Source of the DNA: an uncultured Verrucomicrobiae bacterium
GTDB taxonomy: Bacteria > Verrucomicrobiota > Verrucomicrobiia > Chthoniobacterales > JAATET01
Length of the DNA stretch: 64,000 nt
Direction: 5' to 3'
Assembly: GCA_963719495.1 (NCBI GenBank)
Contig: CAVRCI010000005.1
Location: 160,001 to 224,000, forward strand
Below, piece after piece: positions 58,840 through 64,000 of this stretch; positions within the stretch are counted from its first letter, which is position 1; each line of letters opens with the position of its first letter. The notes under the pieces are model-generated. The model saw only the letters and a program-made list of their open reading frames with translations, had not been told where the DNA came from and searched no databases. Made by a program: the position numbers and the translations under genes.

Positions 58840-59954
58840 TCCCTTCGCGCCTTTACGGCTTCGAGTGACCCTAATTCACCCTCGATCCGCCCCGCGATCC
58901 GATCCGCCACCGCCGCCCAAGTGAACCGCTCAATCGCCATCGCCCGCCCCGCCGCGCCCATCCGCGCCCGCAGATCCGGATCACGCAGCAGACGAATCAG
59001 TTTCTCCGCAAGCCCGTCGACGCCCACCAAAAAACCCGTCTCGCCGTCGATCACGCGTTCAACGTTCCCGCCCACCGGCGTCGCCACCACCGGCAACCCA
59101 AACCCCGCCGCCTCCGCCAGCACGGAAGCCGAAGGATCCATCCGACTCGGCAAACAGAACACGTCCGCATCCCGGTAACAGGCTTCGGTCTCCTCCCGCG
59201 ACAACCGCCCACGCACGGTAATCCCCTCACCCGCGACCCCCGGCGAACACCCCACGATCACCAACTCCGCGTCCGGCAATTCCTTCCGCACCGCCCGAAA
59301 AGCCCGCACCAACTCCGGTCCACCCTTCCGCTCCCAGTCCACCCCTACGAAAAGGACGCGCCGCCCCGGTGCCTTCACCCCGACGTCGCCCCAATCAACG
59401 TTCGAACCCGAGCCAACGTTCATTACCCGAGCCGCCGCCACCCCGTAATCCTCCCGCACCGAGACTGCCGCAAACTCGCTTGAAACAAACGCGCAGGCCG
59501 CGTTCGAATAAAGCCCCCGCTCCATCACCCGCCAACCCTCCGCGACCGGCAACGAGGGCCGCCGCTCCGCGTATCGTCCATTAGCCAGATAAGTGTGATC
59601 CGTGTAAACAAAGTGAGTCACCCCCGGACACGAAGCATCGAATAGAGACTGCGTTTGCAAAGTAAAATCAGCGCCACCCACCTCACGCCGCGACCAATCG
59701 CGAATCGCCCGCAGCACCACCGGCAACCGAGGAAAAAAATCCCGAGGCAGCACCCGCCCCTTCACGATCCGCGAGCCATACCGCACGGCCGCCTCCACCG
59801 TCGCCCGAGCCGTCAGCCAAGCATCCGCCCGCACAATTTCCCGCTCCACGTCCACCTCCCGCCACTCCACGTCCCCCATCCGCTCCCGCAAAGCCGCAAG
59901 CAGAGCCGCATTGATCAAAGAAAACTCCCCAATCCGAAAGTAGACGGCCCTCAC
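58836..59954 (-). CDS. GT4 glycosyltransferase
   Basis: FVGVDWERKGG, EAAGFGLPVVAT, DGETGFLV. Confidence 0.88.
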   Translation of the reverse strand: MRAVYFRIGEFSLINAALLAALRERMGDVEWREVDVEREIVRADAWLTARATVEAAVRYGSRIVKGRVLPRDFFPRLPVVLRAIRDWSRREVGGADFTLQTQSLFDASCPGVTHFVYTDHTYLANGRYAERRPSLPVAEGWRVMERGLYSNAACAFVSSEFAAVSVREDYGVAAARVMNVGSGSNVDWGDVGVKAPGRRVLFVGVDWERKGGPELVRAFRAVRKELPDAELVIVGCSPGVAGEGITVRGRLSREETEACYRDADVFCLPSRMDPSASVLAEAAGFGLPVVATPVGGNVERVIDGETGFLVGVDGLAEKLIRLLRDPDLRARMGAAGRAMAIERFTWAAVADRIAGRIEGELGSLEAVKARRE

Positions 59955-60178
59955 AAGGCACTCCCTCCCCCAACCCCTGTTAGATTGCGGACCACAAACG
60001 CACAGCCGAGTTGAGAAGCCGGCAATGAACGAGCGGCGCCAGCCGTCCCCATCTGGCATTTGGAGGGCGAGGCTCTGCCGAGCCGTGGCTTCCTCGATGG
60101 ATTCTGCGCCACAGGAGGCGATGGTATCGCCAACGACGCGAAACATCTCTGGCTTCTCACCGAACCCAACCCGACCAC

Positions 60179-61273
60179 CTAAGCCCCCACCAAATCTTGA
60201 ACCGCCGCCAAATGCGCCGTCGCCACCACCCGCGTTGAATAGAACTCCTCGACCACAGCCCGAGCCGCATCCCCGGCAACCCGCCGCTCCCCCTCCCCCA
60301 TCCCAATCACCTCGTCCAAAGCCGCCCCCCAAGCCGCCTCGTCGTGACAAAGCCGAACCGCCCCAGCCCCCGCCCGCTCCGCCAAGTCGCGATAACTAGG
60401 CACCGGACTCGCAATCGCCGGCAACCCACAAGCCATCCCGAGCGAAATTTTCCACTCGGTGTGCCCCAGGTTATACGGCGTATCCAAAAACCGAGGCGAG
60501 ACGACCACCCCGCCCTCCGAATATCGATCCAACAAATTTTCGATCCCCGAAAACCGGTGAAACGAATGCGGCACCGCCTCCAGCAACCGATCGAACCGCA
60601 CCCGCACCTCATCCGGCCACGCCCGCAAAGCCGCCAAATCACCGGTCACCAACCGCAAATGCACCCGCTCCCGACAACTAAGCAGAGCCTCCTCCACGGC
60701 CAGAAATTCACAAAGTTTCTCCGCCATCCCGCTCCACCAAAGATTGAGCCGCCCATCCTTGCGCGGACGCCCGCCCTGGCTCCGCGGTACCAAACGAAAA
60801 TCAACGTTGTCTGGGACCCAAACGACGCGCTCATTGTATTCACCGCAAACCCCCGCCAAATGCCGGGACGAAGCGATCACCAAATCGACCTCCCGCGTCA
60901 TCTCGACCGCATCCGCCCGCTGCCGCGCCGTCGGAGCCATCGCCCCAAACCGACTCTCGCCCGCAAACTCAGAGTAGTAATCCACGTTCGCCTCGAAGAT
61001 CACCCGAGTCCCCTGTTCACGCAGCAACGCCGCCAACTCCCGACACCGCTCGCCCATCGACTTGAGAAAGACCACCGCATCGTAAACCCGACCGGGGCGG
61101 TAAAGCTCATAGTCCGCCCGCCCCTTTAATTCCCGCGAAATCCACCGGAACCGCATGAAGCTCATCGGCGAAGCCGAATCATCCCACCCCAGAAACAAAT
61201 GCCACGGCCGCATCCCCAGCCCCAAAGCCGCCACCTCCGGCACCCGCCCATTGATCACAAACCCCACCTTCAT
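60179..61273 (-). CDS. GT-B fold glycosyltransferase
   Basis: KISLGMACGLPAIASP; lies within the GT cluster. Confidence 0.75.
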   Translation of the reverse strand: MKVGFVINGRVPEVAALGLGMRPWHLFLGWDDSASPMSFMRFRWISRELKGRADYELYRPGRVYDAVVFLKSMGERCRELAALLREQGTRVIFEANVDYYSEFAGESRFGAMAPTARQRADAVEMTREVDLVIASSRHLAGVCGEYNERVVWVPDNVDFRLVPRSQGGRPRKDGRLNLWWSGMAEKLCEFLAVEEALLSCRERVHLRLVTGDLAALRAWPDEVRVRFDRLLEAVPHSFHRFSGIENLLDRYSEGGVVVSPRFLDTPYNLGHTEWKISLGMACGLPAIASPVPSYRDLAERAGAGAVRLCHDEAAWGAALDEVIGMGEGERRVAGDAARAVVEEFYSTRVVATAHLAAVQDLVGA

Positions 61274-61316
61274 CAAACGAAACCAAGCGCCGTCAGGCGC
61301 GCCCCAGCCCCCAACC

Positions 61317-61356
61317 TGTCATGCTGAGCAAAGCGAAGCATCTCTGGCTTCTCACC
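61317..61356 (+). repeat. TGTCAT-type palindromic repeat (a partial copy also at 60138-60161)
   Basis: TGTC-ATGCT-GAGCAAAGCGA-AGCAT-CTCTGGCTTCTCAC. Confidence 0.9.
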
Positions 61357-61381
61357 CACATGAAAATCGTCGTCACCACGA

Positions 61382-62215
61382 TCAACATTCCCCGCGATTA
61401 AAAAAACCCGCCACATCCTCCGAGACCAGCTCGCCCCGGCAATACTTCTCCTGTTTCCAATCCTTAGCCTTCGGCCCACCCAAGCGCTCCCGCACCCGAG
61501 CCCACACCTTCCGCCACGACCACGCGTGCCGATCCATGATGTTCAGCCGAGTCTCGCCATCCGCGGCGTCCAGCGAAGAACGCCGCAGAAAACACAGGTG
61601 CAAACAACGAAAATCCGCCTCACCCCAACTCACCTCGTCGTGCAACCCACGCCGCAGCGAAGCATCGAAGCCATCGCGGAAATGAATCGTCCCGCCATTC
61701 AGCCGTTCCACGACATCCCGACCTTCCCACCGCGTAATCAGAGCAAAGTTGTAGAGCTTCGTCATGCTGCGGCAGGGCGGAGCCAAATAACCATCCGCCC
61801 GCCGCGACCCGCCGTCCCCAAGCGCTCGAACGTTGAGCACGTTACCAAAAATCACCCACCAATCATCGAACTCACCCGCCTCGAGCCGCGCGCGAAACCT
61901 AAGCAGCCCAGCCGGATCGTAGATTTCGTCACCGTCGACACCAAAGACCCAAGTCCGCTCCCGGCCGACGTAAGGCAGCAACCGCGCCTGCGATTCCCGC
62001 GAATCCCTAATTTTAGTGACCTCGACCTGCTCGGGGAATTCGCTCCCAAGCTTGGCTAGAATCTCAGCCGTCCCGTCCCGCGAGCCATGATCGCAAATCA
62101 AAAACTTATCGCAGAACCCCAGCGCATTCCGCACCGCCCGCTCGACGAACCGATCCTCGTCTCGCACCAGCATCGATCCAATGATCGTCACAGGTTTGAT
62201 CTCAGCGGACGCCAC
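61382..62215 (-). CDS. GT2-like glycosyltransferase
   Basis: LVRDED, DHGSRDGT, VDGDE. Confidence 0.85.
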   Translation of the reverse strand: MASAEIKPVTIIGSMLVRDEDRFVERAVRNALGFCDKFLICDHGSRDGTAEILAKLGSEFPEQVEVTKIRDSRESQARLLPYVGRERTWVFGVDGDEIYDPAGLLRFRARLEAGEFDDWWVIFGNVLNVRALGDGGSRRADGYLAPPCRSMTKLYNFALITRWEGRDVVERLNGGTIHFRDGFDASLRRGLHDEVSWGEADFRCLHLCFLRRSSLDAADGETRLNIMDRHAWSWRKVWARVRERLGGPKAKDWKQEKYCRGELVSEDVAGFFNRGEC

Positions 62216-63083
62216 TTAGGAATTCCTCCAAATCGTGCAGCCAATACGTCCGCCCCGTTAACTTCAGATAAAAGAGGAAGTCCGGATTGAATTTTCCCTT
62301 GCGCAAAATTCCACTCCAAAACAGCGGGTAGGGCCCGTGGTAATAATGATGAACCCCCATCAACGTCCCGTCCACGGCCTCGCGCGCCAAATCCCCCATG
62401 ATCCGTTTGACCGCGCACCGGTAAATGTCCGTCGTGAACTTTAGCGGGCCCAGCTTTTTCGGATAAGGAACCGCGGCCATCTTGCGACCATCAACCCGGT
62501 AGCAATTTGCCTTCAGCCGATCCGGCAAATCCGTCGCGGGAGCCCCGCCAACCCGCTCGAAATTCCACGACGTCTGCCCGTTCTCCGGAAGCTGCGCGAT
62601 CAGCCGGTCGAGGATCTCGCGCAAATCCGCCAGCTTCCAAATCGCCGGGTGCAAAGCAAACTTCCACTCCGCCCCCCGCGAGCAGCGGTCCAGAGCAAAG
62701 CCATCGCGGCTCACCTTCTCTCCGTAAGCCACCCGGCCCTGACCGTATCCCGAAAGCGAAATCGTCACAGCCCCCAGTTCACTTAGCATTTTGGGAATCG
62801 TCCGATTCAAATGCCGCGCGCAGCACCAGGTCAGCGGCGGATGATCTTCGAGGATGAGGTAAGCCGCGTCGAATCCTTCGGCCATGAGATCGTCGCAAGC
62901 GGATCGCGTCACTTGCATCCAGCTCTGCGGATTATCCCGCAGCGGCAAGCCCGCCGAATGATCCGACAAACCGCAGTAACGAATCTCCGGAGCCTTGGCC
63001 CAATATTCCCGGATGCGCGCCTCGGTGAACGCAGCCAAGGCGCGATACCGCTCGATGGTCGAGATGAGAATGCAAACCTTCAC
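62202..63083 (-). CDS. Hypothetical protein, possible GT-A fold enzyme
   Basis: YLILEDH and SWNFE motifs; in the GT cluster; start uncertain. Confidence 0.55.
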   Translation of the reverse strand: MKVCILISTIERYRALAAFTEARIREYWAKAPEIRYCGLSDHSAGLPLRDNPQSWMQVTRSACDDLMAEGFDAAYLILEDHPPLTWCCARHLNRTIPKMLSELGAVTISLSGYGQGRVAYGEKVSRDGFALDRCSRGAEWKFALHPAIWKLADLREILDRLIAQLPENGQTSWNFERVGGAPATDLPDRLKANCYRVDGRKMAAVPYPKKLGPLKFTTDIYRCAVKRIMGDLAREAVDGTLMGVHHYYHGPYPLFWSGILRKGKFNPDFLFYLKLTGRTYWLHDLEEFLSGVR

Positions 63084-63115
63084 CTTATCAAATTCAGCAC
63101 CAAGAGCCGACTGGC

Positions 63116-64000
63116 TTAGATCCGCCCCGATTCCGCCATCAAGCGTTGCAAGATTTCGACGAATTCCAGCGTCATCCGGTCCCCCGAAGGAATCTGCCCC
63201 AGCAGCCGCCGCCGCAAACCGTCCAGCCCGCTCACGGACTCCCGAATCGCCCCGCCGACATCGTCGCGAAAGCCAACCCCGTAGCGAAGCCCCGCCTCCA
63301 CGATCCCACCCCCATCTTCGTGGTAAATCAGCGGCAAACCGCACTGCGCCCCCTCGACGTGGTGCATTCCGCATGGCTCCCACCGCGACGCCGTGAGGTA
63401 AAGGTGGCATTCGCGCAATTTCTCAGCCAGCGGCCGCCCACTCAGCGGCCCCAACGTCTCCGTCGCCCGCCAGTCGATCTCCGCCGGCCAACGACCGATC
63501 ACCCGAAATTCCACGCCCGGCAGTTCCCCCGCCGCCAACAGCCGATCGACCTCCTGATACACGTCGAAACCCTTCAACCAATTGTCCGACCAGTGGTGCG
63601 TCACGATCCGAATCGGCTCGCCGTCCTCGGGGATCGCCGCCCCAAGCGGATGGAAAACCCGCGCGTCCGCCCCATTGTAGATGACCCCGTGCGACTTCGC
63701 CGGGTCGAACCACCGCTCCAGAAAATAATCCCTCAGCCACTCCGCGATAAAAACCGTGTGATCCGCCAGTTCGTTCGTCCGCCGCAGCAACTCGTCGATA
63801 TCGTCCGTCCCCTTGCGTTGATCGCACTCATTGATCCGGTGCAAAATCGGCACCGTCGGCTGCGAGCGGCGAAAGACCTCGAGTTCGCGCAGACCAAACC
63901 GCTTCGCCGGGTGATCATTCCGCGGATCGATCACCACCACCGCGTCCGGATCCGACCGCAGGTCATAGACGACCCGCCAGCCCCGAGCCCACATCGCCGC
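63116..64000 (-). CDS. GT4 glycosyltransferase (5' truncated by window edge)
   Basis: ASRWEPCGMHHVEGAQCGLP. Confidence 0.85.
   Translation of the reverse strand, partial: AAMWARGWRVVYDLRSDPDAVVVIDPRNDHPAKRFGLRELEVFRRSQPTVPILHRINECDQRKGTDDIDELLRRTNELADHTVFIAEWLRDYFLERWFDPAKSHGVIYNGADARVFHPLGAAIPEDGEPIRIVTHHWSDNWLKGFDVYQEVDRLLAAGELPGVEFRVIGRWPAEIDWRATETLGPLSGRPLAEKLRECHLYLTASRWEPCGMHHVEGAQCGLPLIYHEDGGGIVEAGLRYGVGFRDDVGGAIRESVSGLDGLRRRLLGQIPSGDRMTLEFVEILQRLMAESGRI

Overview
High-GC bacterial chromosomal window, most likely Verrucomicrobiota (inferred from protein style and the ilvE-mcsA-mcsB-clpC gene order; not verified by search). Most of it is core genome: tamB/tamA-like outer-membrane assembly genes, thiC with a TPP riboswitch, deoA, rplU-rpmA, hisC, pnp-rpsO, cstA, tadA, rpe, folC-accD, bioA, ilvE-mcsA-mcsB-clpC, two tRNA-Leu genes, and the end of a glycosyltransferase/sulfotransferase cluster. 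The strongest non-standard signal is a small GIY-YIG nuclease gene (17861-18211) bracketed by inverted ~32-40 bp palindromic repeats. The same repeat occurs about 10 times across the window, including two gene-less inverted doublets, and its stem shows five compensatory variants. This resembles a REP/RAYT-style selfish system built around a GIY-YIG enzyme rather than an HUH transposase. Other notable items: (1) an RlaP-like nucleotidyltransferase + RtcB RNA-repair pair behind a candidate leader-peptide attenuator, with a perfect 36-bp palindrome between the genes; (2) a plant-type glucuronokinase paired with a GalU-like enzyme; (3) a GT9 gene whose upstream starts are out of frame across a heptamer tract; (4) repeats embedded in-frame in tamA, thiC and folC. 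All calls come from reading the sequence; no database searches were run, and many start codons are best estimates.
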